This document shows positions 1 through 12,621 of a stretch of DNA of 64,000 bases, piece after piece (the first letter of the stretch is position 1; every line of letters starts with the position of its first letter). Source of the stretch: Bilabrum cf. latius (Eukaryota); contig OZ237750.1 of the NCBI GenBank assembly GCA_965178125.1, forward strand, positions 310,001 to 374,000, written 5' to 3'. Both the position numbers and the translations under genes were made by a program. The notes beneath the pieces were generated by a model, which was given only the letters and a program-made list of their open reading frames with translations, did not search any database and had not been told where the DNA came from.

Positions 1-3000
1 GCCCGACCATCTGCTGCTGCTGCTGCTGCTGCTGCACCGCCAACATCGTCGTGCACGTTGCCGGCAGCGGCCTCGATGCGGGCCGCGCGCGCCTGCGCCC
101 ACGCCGACCGTCCATCGCCTCGTCCCCCCGTTGTTCCCTGATCCTGGCCAGGAACCGCGCCATCGAAAGCACCGTAGCCCTGGCTACCCCTGTCCGTAGA
201 CCGTTCTTCCTTCTGTCCGCTGGATGCAGCCAGCCCGGCAGTAGGACCTGCCTTGCGGAGTGCCGCGTCGATCAATGGGTCATCGGACCGGGGACCCAGA
301 GCCTGCGTCGCGTCCGCCTCTCCACTCTTTGAATTGCCCCCTGATGTCGCAATCTCGGACTCATCGGCCGGGCGAGTGTACTTGTACGCGAAGAATCCCG
401 CCCCGCCCACCAGGGCCACCGCCATCACAGACCCCAGCACAATCGTGCCGATCAGTCCGTCAGACAGCCGATCATCCTTGGGGTCACCCCCGAACTGCTT
501 CTTAGGATCGTCCACGATCTCCAGGTCAGACACGGGCGCGCACTGACCCTGCACTGTGCCAGACTGGCAAGCACCCACGATGCGAGCTGCGATGGCAGAC
601 AGCTCGGTAGCCGTGCCCCCAGCCACCTCGATCCGGAAGTTCACCTTCAGCTCCTGCTGCTGCTGCTGCTGCACCTGCAGCGCACGGCCGGACACCAGCC
701 CCATCCACGCCATGGCGCCCCTCGCAGCCGACCCCAGGCCCTCTTGCACCCAGGCCCCAGATGTACCCAGTGCTCGCCTCCTCCTTCTCGTGTTGTTCCC
801 CGACACCAGCTCCACTGACGTGATGAACACCTGCGACTCGGACACCCCCGCTGCCTGGGCCACGTTCTCCCTGAAGCCGCGACGCTCCTCAGAGCCAAAG
901 TCCTCCACTGACGTCACGTTGATCGACACCGAGTACTGGATGAACGGGTCTGACTCAGCGCTGGGAGCCGCGCACTCAGCCACATTGCACGCGCGATCCT
1001 CCGATACACGAGTGCAGAAGTCCAGACCAGCCGATGGAGACGCGCCCGTGGCGTTGCGACGGCGAGTCTGCACGCCCCCGCCACACGGCACATCGCATGC
1101 GTCGTACGCCGACCACGCAGAGTACTGGCACGTCACCAGCTGGCACCGCACCGGGTCCTCGGACCAGCTGCCGCCCAGCTGGCACGACGTCACCAGTGGG
1201 TGGCCCTCTGGCTGCGGCAGGTGCTCGGCATCGCACGAGTACTGGCATGATGGCAGCCCATCCTCGTTGTAGGCGCACATGATGGAGCCGTTCACCGGCC
1301 GGGACAGGGCGGGGCATCCGGAAGCCACGGACACGAACTGCGCCCCTCTCGTGGCATACCTCACTTGCCCGTTCGGAGCCACTGACAGAGGGGGGGCGGG
1401 CTGCTTTGGATCGGGAACGGGGGTATTTGGGTGTGGCCTTCTCCACACGGGCTGCCCCGACAGCAGGTCCAGTGCGATTGCCTCCTGCTGCGTGTTCAGC
1501 AGCACCACCTGCCCGTTGCTCACCGGCGTGGACGCAGTGGACACCAAGTTGCTCTAACCGCCCTCCGTCTGGCCCACCACCTCCACCCAACGGGGCACCA
1601 AGGGGGCTTCCGAGCTGGGCCCCGACTGAAGCGCGAACTGCCGCCCGATCGAGTCGCCCACCAGGATTGTCTGCTCCATGCTGCCAGGGAACAAGGCCAG
1701 GCCGGGCGCCCCCTGCACGGACACGGACGCGCCCGTGATGTCCTCGTGCGGAACCTCGAACAGATCGCGCGGCGCCGGCGCGTGCTCCCCGAGATCGTAG
1801 CTCAGCACCAGCCCGCCGCGCTCCGCCCACGCGCTGGTTGCGACCAGCAGCCGCCCGTACAGCTCGTCCAACACCGGGCCGGCCACCACGGGAGCAGCTA
1901 CCGACGGGTGACTCGGGCTCGTGCTGCTGACCCACAGGTTGCATGACCCCACTGGCCCCTGCCCGCACTTGGGCGGCTCGCTGCCAGTGGCACCCTGCAC
2001 GCACGCGCTGCTCGCAGACTGGAACGCGCGCATCGCATACACCGCCCCTGCAGACGTGGCTGCGTACACGGCGCTACCGTCGTGCTCCACCGCCACCCGG
2101 CCCACGAATGGGGACCCGGAGTCGGATATGCACCGCCACTGCGGCTGGCCCGTGGCTGCGTCCAGCGCCACCAGGGTCGACCCGAACGAAGCGAAGATCG
2201 ACGTGCCGCTTGGCTCGGCCGCAGCCGAGGATGACGACGAGGACGGTGCAGGGGCAGACGGTGACGGGCCCGGGGTCGCAGAGGGCTGCTTCAGCTGGCC
2301 GGTCCTCATCTCCTCCTGTGCGGCGTCAAAGTCGAAGAACACCGGGCTGCCCGTGGCCCCACTGCTGCTGCGGTAGTTCCACAGAGACCCCGCAGAGGAC
2401 GGGTCCATGGCCAGCAGCAGCCGCTGGGACCCGCCCGTGGCCGCCAGCAGCACGCTGCCGTCAGGGGACAGCACGGGGGCGATGCCGCGCGGGGCCCCGG
2501 CCCCCAGGTTCCGCACCCACGCCGGCTCCACCTCAGTTGCCGTGTGTCGGAGAGCGTACATCAGCCCGCCCGCCGTCATCACGAAGCTCACCGTGCCGTT
2601 GGCAGACACCACCGTCCCGGAGTCCACGCTCCTGGACGCCCGGCTGCCCTGCTGTGCGGGGAGCAGGAACGACTGCGCTGCCGTGGCGAAGTCGGTCACG
2701 TTGCCGCGGAAGAAGCCCGTGTTCTGCGCGCCCCTGCCGCTGGGCCACCCGTTGGACGTGGACGGCGGCACTGGGGGCACGGGCGAGGGGGAGGGTGCGG
2801 GCGGGGTGGGGCTCGGCTGGGGTGTCGGGGTGGGCGCGTTGCCCACGATGTCGTAGTTCAGCACGTACGTGTCGTTCTTCAAGCTGGAGTAAGCGATGCC
2901 CACCTGCACCCAGCCCAGCTTGCCGTGGAAGTCCTTCCAGTTGCCCTCGTCCACGGCGGTGGACAGCCGCAGGTTCAGCACGGGCTTGTCGCAGTACGGC

Positions 3001-4051
3001 GTCACGGGGTTGCTGAACTGGGTGCCCCGCGGGATGTTCCGCACAGAGCTCCAGTTGAAAGCGGGGTCTTGCAGATCCTGCAGCGATGGCCCGCGAGCGA
3101 TCCCGCGCACGCCGCCTAGCCGGTTGAAGTCGTAGAAGGAGAGGCCGCTGCCGGCCGGAACAGTGCTCGGCGCGTCCTCATCTTCGGCCCGCGTGTCCCA
3201 CAGGAGCCACTCTCCTGCCTTGCCATCCACGTACTCTGCATGCCCTCTTGCATAGATGGACTCGCCATTCAGCAGCGTGTTGTACCAGGACCCCGTATCA
3301 TCGGCGCCTTCCAACGCCGTGTACACGCTGATGTACCAGTCAGGATCGCCGGAATCCAGTGGAGTGCGGCTGGTGCTGAACCGAACATACTGCAATTTTC
3401 AATTGTATTTCAAAAGGACGAGGAAAGATGCATGGTTGATCCATTCTACTTGGAGCAGCGCGAGGTGACAGCCTGGAAACCACGAGTCCCACCGCCAACC
3501 TGGATCGGATCCCATAGCCTCATGCACATGCGTTTGATTCTCACCTAGATGTCACGAACCGTTGTAGATCGACCAGTTAGACCTGTACCAAGCTTTGTCA
3601 GCCCGGGCGCCAGGTCAATGTAGGCCTGCAATGCTGGAATGCACGTTGATCGGTTCAGATTTCTAGTTCGCGCTGTCGCCATCCAGCGCGCCACGTCCCC
3701 CCTGAATGAGGCCACACATTAAGCAAAGATGCTATCGCATATTCTCACTTTCTCGGTTGCATTGTTGATAAGGGAAGTGCTTCCGGAGCTCTGCGGGGGC
3801 GCGCCATCAGCCACCTCCAGCGAGTATGGCACTGTGGACAGCCCGGGACTTCCACCCTGGTTGAAGCTTGCAACATTCAAACCAATAGTAAAATTGACGA
3901 CGTGCCCGACTTCGGCTTCAGCCACTCTCTCGGTGAAAACAGGGCTGCCAATTTGTTCATCCAACCCGAATCGTTCTGCAGCTCCCGTCTTGCAAAAGGC
4001 CGTAGCGGCAAGTCCAGCCAGAAGAGTGACTACTTGAGCCACACACTTCAT
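1..4051 (-). CDS. Type I membrane/cell-surface protein: signal peptide, PQQ-like beta-propeller repeats, Sushi/CCP, TSP1, single TM helix (3' end runs out of the window)
   Basis: ATG at 4051 gives a signal-peptide-like MKCVAQVVTLLAGLAATAFC. Introns are 3626-3748 and 3390-3544 (GTGAGA..TTGCAG). In-frame TAGs lie at 3545-3547 and 1554-1556. PQQ-like motifs include LVALDAATGQPQW and ALDLLSGQPVW. Sushi: CPALSRPVNGSIMC..CQYSC..CQLGGSWSEDPVRC (~1140-1318). TSP1: CQYSAWSAYDACDVPCGGGVQTRRR..CNVAEC (~970-1130). TM: LIGTIVLGSVMAVALVGGAGFFAY (~385-455). Confidence 0.8.
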
Positions 4052-4404
4052 TGTATGGACCAATTTCGAACTACAAGCAGGGAAATATATCCTGTGAGGG
4101 GTAGAACTTGAGCATAAATCACGGATGCTCGTACCAGTGCTTGCGGAAAGTAAACAATACAATTTCACGAAAGAAGATGGCTGTAATGGAGGTCCAGTAG
4201 TGTCGCTGAAATTAAACTTGAGGTTTATTGCAGAATCGGATCTTACAATAAGCTCAAAAGCCTTGTATACAGTGGAGAGCTGAGGCTTTGCCCGTCCTGG
4301 CAATGTTCTCGCTCGAGCATGTCTTGCGACCAACGTGGGCGCAAGCGGTCGCAACCAAAGCCACGAAACCGTTCGATTTTGCAGCTGTTGATCCTGTACT
4401 CACT

Positions 4405-7400
4405 TCATCGGCTGCCTCCCTTCAGGTATGCAATTAAGGTATTAAATAGTTCATGGCCACTGAGAGACCCGTCAACCTTTCTAAGCTGCAGACGGGTGAA
4501 CTCGGGCCGCGATTCGAGATAGCAGTGCAGCTCTACCCAGCTGTCCTTGTCGTCCTTAACCTTACCGTCTTCGCTCAGCTCCAGCAGAAGCGGGTCAACG
4601 ATGCTGTCTGTGCTTTGGAAGCGCTGGATCACTAGATGCCCGCTCTTAGACGAGAACCTGATAAGCGTAATGCCGTCCAAGTGCTATGGCGGCAAGGCTG
4701 TCGCTGTCGCGCTTTGCCTCAGCATGTGCTCAGCAGCATTCCTGCCAGCAAAGGGAAACATCGCCCCAGGTCTATGGCTGCAGTACTCCCAAAGCCGTGG
4801 AATCTGCGCTGTCCGTCTCATCGTGGGCTCAATCGTGCTCCAGTACTTTTGCCAGACCGGCAGCCGAATCGTGCAGTAGGGCTTGGGCTCACCTCGCTCG
4901 GTGAACACCTTCATATGCATTATTTGCTCCAGGGATTGCTGGCCATGTACTGCAGCCCGAAACATACATTCCATGTCGATGCGCCGGATGGCAGCGCATT
5001 CGACTGTGGCCCAGCGTCGGCGGCACGGCTCCCTCGCGATGTTGAGGCACTCTCGAATGGTGCCCTCTAGCACGTGCCTTGCCGTGACTTCGACCTTGAT
5101 CGGATCACCACTCATCCCGATCAACTAGCGGTGCGGTTTTTTCAAAATAAGGCCTGTCCGCTGACCGTGGCTTTTATTGTATGCCGCCCACTCGTTCTCA
5201 ATGGCGTACTTCCACACGCGGCCAAAGCTGGTGTGGCATCTAAGATCCAGCCGCCACAGCGCCATCAGACCCAGCGAGATGGCTTGCACGCCGCCCACAC
5301 CACCCTCCGCCCTCATCCACTGCTCCACCTCGCCTCTCCGTCGCTCTATGTCCACGTAAAACCCCGTGTCCAAGTCCCAGATCGCAGTGGCTGCCAGGCT
5401 CGGCACCTGCGGTATTCCCGCACCTGCACCTGCACCTGTACCAAAACCAGCACCGGAAGCAGCGCCAGCACCAGCACCAGCACCAGCACCAGCACCAGCA
5501 CCAGCACCAGCATCAGCACCAGCATCAGCACCAGCTCCATCGCCAGCACCAGCACCAGCGCCAGCACCAGCACAGGCACCAGTAGCTGGAATACGATCAG
5601 GGTGTGGCAGGGGTTCTGTCCGTGTCTAAGCCTCGGTTCTGCCCCGCTCCATCATGTTGCTTGCCACGTCGATTCTAGACCGGGACTGCAGCATAGACAG
5701 CGCCATTGGCGCACAGCAGCACATCCCTTGGAAACGGGCGAACTCCTTCGGGCTGCCTCTCAGGCTGTCTTGGATTCGATGCACCGCATCTGCATCTGAG
5801 CAGATGCCTTCCCCCGACTAGCCCATGTCCCAAGGATCGACTTCCTTCTCGTTCGGGGCATAGCTTGTCATGCTTGCCCCAATCATTTGCCCTCCCACCA
5901 AACGCGGGTCAATCAATCGCTTCGCCCGTGTAGTACAGACTCCAGGCATGGCATCGCCTGACTTCGTTGCCGCTTCCATCAGCATGCGCCGCGGCATGAG
6001 GCCGCATGCGACGTACCTGTAGTGATCAGGATCACCAAGACACGACGGCACGTCCCCCTCTCCGAGCACGCTGTCAACTTTCGCGGTGTATAGAACTGAC
6101 GTGCCACCAACGGAGCGGTGGCCCAGTCGTCCCTGTAGCAAGCCTAACAGCAGCTCCACTACTGGCAGAAGTGACGTATCAGCCGCTACGTCGGAAATAG
6201 GTTCAGCGAAGGGTGACCCGGACCCTTGAGGTACCGATGGAGCTGCATCAGCGACCGTAGAGTTCATTTGACTGGCCGACGTGCTCCCCGCAGGCGCCGC
6301 GCAGCTGCCACCATCAGCACCTTCATCATCTGAATCGGAGTCAGAATCGATGCCTTGGTACGCAGCAGAACGGCCGGCCCCGCAGCCTCCATCGGTAGCA
6401 GACTGCGAACCAGCAACTGCATACTTCGTGGCGAGCGTGCCGCCAAAAGCAGACAGGAACGTTGCCTGCCGGGCTTCCACACCTTGTACGGGGTTGCGCC
6501 ACGCGTCCATCCCATCGAGCACCACTAGCACGTGCTTCCACGACTAAAGCTCCTTGCCGACCTCGTCCGCAGTACGGCATGCGCGGATGCGGTGGTACCG
6601 CTGGGGCCATTGGCCTGTGGCATCTTTGAAGATTCCAACGGACTGCAGGCGATGAAGGTGCCTCAAAATGCCTGCGCATATGCATGCCTTGAGTCTCCTG
6701 AGCAGCCTGTGGCGCTGGGCCTCCCAGAAATCAGTGGGCGAATCTGCTTCAGCTGCACCCCCGCCGGCAGATGTAACCATCCCTGGGTCCGCCGCCTTGC
6801 TGGCAGACAATGGAACCTCCGTGCCAGTGAGTGCGCATGCAGGGGCCAACAGGTCGGACTAGCTGGCACTCGAGCTGTCGTGCGCGTGGGTCGTACTAGC
6901 GCCTGTACCCGCGCCCGCACCACCGCCAGCTCCAGCACCGGAACTAGCACCTGCACCTGCACCTGCACCTGCACCTGAACCAGATAATTGTGCCGTATTG
7001 GGACCGGCACCCCCAAGCCGCATATCGACAGGTGGGTCAAGCATCTCAGCAGCACACCGCCCCAGCGCATCCTGCTGCGCATCTACCTCCCACGGCTCCA
7101 AGTCCCCATCAGGGGGCAGCTCCTCCAGGCACGCCGCCACCGAGATGTCGCCCACGGGCACGAAGAACACACCGCCGGAGAAATGGTCCCGCCACCGGGC
7201 ATGCCTCGCGATCGCCATCGCGATCGATGTGGTGCCTGTGCGGGGCCAGCCGACGATGCCAACGCACCGGCCGGGAGCATCACCCCTGCTTGGCATAGCC
7301 AACTGAGAGTACGCATTAGCGATACCCTCAGCATTGGTAAGGATGACTGATCTAGCCCTGATCATCGGGTCGCCAGTGTCGAACTGCAGTGGGCTGGGGA

Positions 7401-8298
7401 CGAACCATGGCTGATGGTCCACCTGGCTGTCGACGAGCACGTCGGTGTCTCCGAACGACGCGAAACTTGCTTCTAGCCGGGCTAGGGCTAGGTCCTCTCT
7501 CGCCTACAGCTCTTCTACGGAGCAGCAGCTGCCTCCAGGGTGGCGACTCCTTCGGATAATCTCCTACACTTCAGGGGTTCTGAATGTCACCAGCTGCATG
7601 CCCTCGGGGCGCTCCCCTCCAGCCCCTACAGCGTCTCGCACTGCTTGATCAAAGCAATCCTTCACAAAATCGTGGGCTGATTTGCCTGGCGGTTGTGGCG
7701 ACAAAACGCCTTCCACAAACACTCGAGCAAACCGCCGCATGTCCCGGTCGAGCTCCGAAATCCTGCTGGCGACAACGAAAGGTATCCCAGCAGCACATAG
7801 CTAATGCGCGGCTTGCAAGGATTCACATGCCCCCAAGAAGATAATTGCGGGCGCCTTCTCCGGAACAGTGCGATGGACAATAGCGCGCATGGGGGAGTCT
7901 CCTTCGGTCGCCCCAGCGAGTTGAAGTGGCGCAATTCTCCCATGGCCGGTGCCGCTGGTCTCAAGAGCCAACCCCGATTCAAGGCCGTGAGTGCAGAGGA
8001 TCACAAGGGGCGGACCCTCAGCGAGCACTGAACCTAACGCACGCTCTGTTGCGGCTCTGAAGAGGACCCGAGCAGATCGCTTCGGCGAGTCATATCTACG
8101 GGTAGCGGTTGCGACAGCGTCCGAAATGGATTTCATTTCTGCCTCATAGTCCAGTCTATGCACAGGAAACTCAGCACCGTCGTCCATTTTGCCATAAAAT
8201 GGCTACGAGTACAGACCTGCGACAGTTAGTTTGCCCTTCTTCTTGCTCGTAGGAAACCACTCACAGAGACTTCCGCCAGCAGCCGTGTGGGCAACCAT
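4405..8298 (-). CDS. CHAT(caspase-like)-STAND/NB-ARC-like NTPase-STAT-type SH2 protein, copy A (~1297 aa with TAG=Gln)
   Basis: One frame runs from ATG 8298 to TGA 4405-4407, broken only by 10 TAGs (8203, 7801, 7564, 7504, 6859, 6544, 5818, 5626, 5125, 4684). CHAT-like dyad: ILCTHG..IFLGACES..LCAAGIPFVVA. P-loop region: CVGIVGWPRTGTTSIA..HFSGGVFFV. Walker B: VLVVLDGMD. The C-terminus YWSTIEPTMRR..RLW..PGAMFPFAGRNAAEHML..GITLIRFSSKSGHLVI resembles a STAT linker plus SH2 domain. Confidence 0.8.
5444..5580 (+). repeat. (CCAGCA)n hexamer repeat encoding a Gly-Ala tract in copy A
   Basis: The run ccagcaccagca... is directly visible. A related (GCACCT)n run lies at ~6946-6977. Confidence 0.85.
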
Positions 8299-9080
8299 AA
8301 TGAATGATAAAAATAAGGCAGCTATATGAGGACGCCAGTGCAAGCGCTCCCCTCTGTACCCGGGTGGATAGTCTACAGCAGCGATCTGCAATATTTATCA
8401 AAAGCACACGCAATAAAACAAGCCCGGATGAGCTGCGCCAGCAGGAGCAACTGACATGCAGGCAGTGGATGCGTGGTGATGCGGCGGCTGCCTTAGCCGC
8501 CACGGCCACGCAGGAGCTGATAGCGGCAACCAATGCGAACGCCCGACTACAGCGACGGATTTTCAAGCCCCACGGCTTGCTAAAGGATATAGAGAGGCAA
8601 TGGGCCAAAGGCATGAGCGCGTGCATGCTCGCCTCTCTGAAGGATCGTGAGACGCAGAGACGGTCATGGAGGAGGAAATGGTGGGTCTCGACCGGGGACC
8701 CCGATGTGGGACTGGACCGCGCCTTGTGCCGGGCACACGCTCCGCACCTGTATGCTTTCTCCTTGTGAAGGCAACAGGCTGGGGGCCTGTGGGGGACCAC
8801 ACTGATGGCGAAGAATGGGAACTCGGCGGCATAGGCTGAGAACGGGGGGCCTTTGGCCTGAAAGGGTCGAGGGTCTTGTAGTCCTTTGTTTTAGGGCTCC
8901 TCTGGATCTAGGTGATCACCCAAACCCCCTCGGGGGCGACGGTGCATCTGGGTGCTTACGGAATCTTTACCCTACAATGTATTTCTATTTCTATGAGGCT
9001 TCATCAGAACGGCCCATCGTTTATCGCTGAGTTCTTACACCCATAAACCTTGGATGAGCAAACACGGCCAAGCACGCATG

Positions 9081-12000
9081 TCAGGTGGAGCCTACCTTCC
9101 GGGCGCCATTCGATAACGCATGGATCAGCTTTTCGGCGGATTCTAGTCCCTCCCAAAGTAGCCCCGTGTTGGCCGGATCGGCACCCCTCTTCTGGCAATA
9201 AAGATCTCCACCAAAAGCGTCAGCCAACGCTACGTTTGCCTGCTTGATGTCCCCGGAGCTTGTTACCTGCACCAGCTGGCCACCCTGCTCCTGCAAGGCG
9301 ATCGGCTCGGAGCCGCCGTTGCTCTCGGCGATGATGCAGCCTTTGCTAGAGCCACCGCCACTTCCACTGCCAGAGACAGTAACAGGTATAGCTTTGGCCC
9401 CAGTGGTGCCAGTCGAGAGGCGCAGCAGCAGGCATCGGACCCCTGCTTTAGGGTGCTAGCCCAACAGTTTGGCAGCGCTGGCACTGCTCGCAAACGGGAA
9501 GAATGCTCCAGGATTCGTCAGCCGGTAGCTCCACAGCTGAGGCTACCTGCCAGACGCGCGCACAGCCGGCTCCAGACGAAACCAAAAGGTCTGCCAGTCC
9601 CACGGCATGATGCGCGGGGGGCCCAAACCGGACCTCGCGCCGTAGGGCTGCAGGATCTGCTCGACCGACGCCGAGTCCTCTGGTAGACAGGACTTGTACA
9701 GGTGTACCATGTCCACCAGTGCAGTGCGCGTGTATGTCTCTTCCTCAATAGAGCCCTCAGCAGCGTCATCAATAGAGCCCTCATCGACATCATCGCTACG
9801 ACCCTCATTCGATCGACCTGACAGTACCCAGCACTCTTTCGCTGGATCACCGACGACCCGCATGCACTCCGCGAGCGTTGCTTCGAGCACGTGTCTAGCG
9901 ACAACCGCGGGTCGGGAGCCAGGGGCAGCCTCAGCACCGCTGGCGCTGCTGCTCGCTACCAACGCAGGCGAAATGTGGCGGCTGGTTGGTTCTGCTCTGT
10001 GCTAACGAGCCACTGCATCGCGCCAGATGCGATCGAAACTTGTGTCGCCCACATCACCCTCAGCCCTCATCCACTGCTCCACCTCGCTTCTCCGTCGCTC
10101 GATGTCTACGTACGACCCGGTGTCCAGATCCCAATCCCAATCTGCAAGCTGCTGCTCATGATCACCTCTGCCACTGGTCTCCGGATGCGGAACGGGAAGG
10201 GAACGGTCCTTGCGAATCCTTGGCGTTGTCATCATTTCATCAATGCTTGATGTGCCGAGGCGCTTTTCTAATCGACGGAGGCAGACAGGGGCGCACCAGC
10301 AGTGGCCATCGGCACCGCTGACACATCCCTCCTCGGCACCTTCCCGGTCGAGGTGGCGAGACAAACACCCATCGACCAGCTCTTTGTCGATGTAACTCTA
10401 TTTCTAACTCCCGCTTGAAGATGCCTTGCTGAGCAGACCCCGCGGCATGAGACCACATGCAACGTACCAGTGCTGCCTTGCATCCGCCAAGGACTTGTCG
10501 ACCTCCTTCCTGCCGAGCAAGCTGCCCACCTTGGCCGTGTACAGCACTGAAGTGCCGCCTATTTTGCCTTTCTCTCCCGATAGAGCGATGAGAAGCTCCG
10601 CGACAGGCAAGCTATCCGTGTTGCCGGCCCAGTTGGGGGGCCACAGGTCTTGAGTTCCTGCCTCGATCTGGTGACCCGAAGCACCACTGGCTGCCTGAGA
10701 ACTTGAAGTGGTGACCGGCATTGGCTGGCCGCCGCGGCTGTGACGCGAGGCAGCCTGCTCGGCTTTCTCCCTCCTCGGGTACCTGGAACATGATGGCCGG
10801 TCTGGCGCCGTGAACCGTGCCTGTCGGGCTTCTACTGCTTCTTTCAAATCCAGCCACGCATCCATCCCATCAAGCACCACTAGCACGTGCTTCCACGACT
10901 AAAGCTCCTTGCCGACCTCGTCCGCATTACGGCAAGCGCGGATGCGGTGGTACCGCGCGGGCCATTCGCCTGTGGCATCTTTGAAGATTCCAACGGACTG
11001 CTGGCGATGCAGGTGCCTCAGAATGCCTGCGCATATGCATGCCTTGAGTCTCCTGAGCAGCCTGTGGCGCTGGGCCTCCCAGAAATCTGTGGGTGAATCT
11101 GCTTCAGCTGCACCCCCGCCGGCACAACCCGGAGTTGCTGGGCTCGGCATCGGATCACTTGCTTCAACGGTGGACCCGGGACCGCCAGACCCAGCTCCAC
11201 TGCTGGGCCCCGAAGGTGACGGGGCTGAGCTGACCTCTAGCTCCCACGGCTCCAAGTCCCCATCAGGGGGTAGCTCCTCCAGGCATGCCGCCACCGAGAT
11301 GTCGCCCACGGGCACGAAGAACACACCGCCGGAGAAATGGTCCCGCCACCGGGCATGCCTCGCGATCGCCATCGCGATCGATGTGGTGCCTGTGCGGGGC
11401 CAGCCGACGATGCCAACGCACCGGCCGGGAGCATCGTCTCTGTGAGAGAGTAGGCTATACACGGCAGCCATTCCACGCGCATTGGCTCTATAGAGCAATC
11501 TCTCGCGCTGCAGATGCTGCATGTTGTCGAGCTGCAGCGCTCCGGGGACGAACCATGGCTGATGGTCAAGTTGGCTGTCGACTTCGACCCGCGGCTCGCT
11601 GGATTCGATTAGACAAGTCTTAAGCCGATCGAAGAACTCCTTGCATGGCGGCTTGAGAACTGGCATTTGCCGCAAAGCGCACAGTTGTTTTACCGGCTCA
11701 TCTTGCCAAGATACCAGGCGCATATTCCTCTTGCGTCCAAAGCGCTCATCCACAGCGCGATTAAAGCAGCTTCGCACGAATTCTGTAGGGTCCCTCATCG
11801 AACCGGGGCTAGGCGGTGAAAACAAGCCGCGAATGAAAAGACGCTGGAATTGTCGTAAATCCACGTCGAGCTCGGAAGTTGTGCTGGCGACTACAAAGGG
11901 TACCCCCGCAGCACACAGCTCATGTGCAGCTCCCTCGGAGTAGCACGCACCTAGCACTGCGATGAGAGGTGTCTTGCCAGTGGCACTGGGGTTTCCCCGA

Positions 12001-12377
12001 ACCATGTCTCGGAAACCTGTAGGCCTAGAATCATCGCCGGCTGTTGCTGTTTGGACCAATAGTTCCTCCGTGTGGCCCCTCTTGGCATCATCCTCCAGTG
12101 CAATGAAGCCATGAGTTCCATGAGAACATAAGAGCAAGACCGGCGCCCCCGAACAAAGTGCAGTGTTTAGGGAAAACTTTGTGGCTGCTCTACACACTAT
12201 ACGAGTTCGCCGACAAGCATGTTTGCTATCATCAGGCGTCTTTGCTGCCTAGTATAGCCCTTTACGCATCTCATTGATGTCGGCTTCATAGTCAAGCTTG
12301 TCGACGCACTAAAAATCATCGCCCCAAACGAAAGGTTGAGAGTAGAGTCCAAAGATCGCAGGTGGCGCTTTTGCCAT
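9081..12377 (-). CDS. CHAT-STAND NTPase-degenerate SH2 protein, copy B (~1098 aa with TAG=Gln); tandem paralog of 4405-8298
   Basis: ATG 12377 (MAKAPPAIFGLYSQPF) to TGA 9081-9083, with 8 in-frame TAGs (12309, 12249, 10899, 10404, 10398, 10002, 9543, 9456). Motifs: LLCSHG..AVLGACYS..LCAAGVPFVVA, GWPRTGTT, VLVVLDGMD and FWFRLEPAVR..QLW..PGAFFPF. It is collinear with copy A. Confidence 0.8.
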
Positions 12378-12621
12378 GATGATTCTTCGGATGCGAACGG
12401 CTCCCTGCGATGGATAATCGCGACGCTATAATTAAACTTAAATAAATGCAAGCGCCGAGCTGGATTCAGCAAATTGTCGGTGTGTACTGCCTCCGAGGCC
12501 ACACTGTTTCGTTTGCGCACGCGAAGCCCCTACGCGGCGCCGCGCAAGGTGGAGTTCCGGAAATATGGGGCAACGCAAATCAACAACGGAGCTGCGCGCA
12601 TCAATATCATTCAGCAATGCA

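Noticed and set aside
8304-8768. 154-aa plus-strand ORF between the two CHAT-STAND paralogs
   Set aside because: It has no recognisable motif and starts only a few bases from the inferred start of copy A. I cannot support it as a gene.
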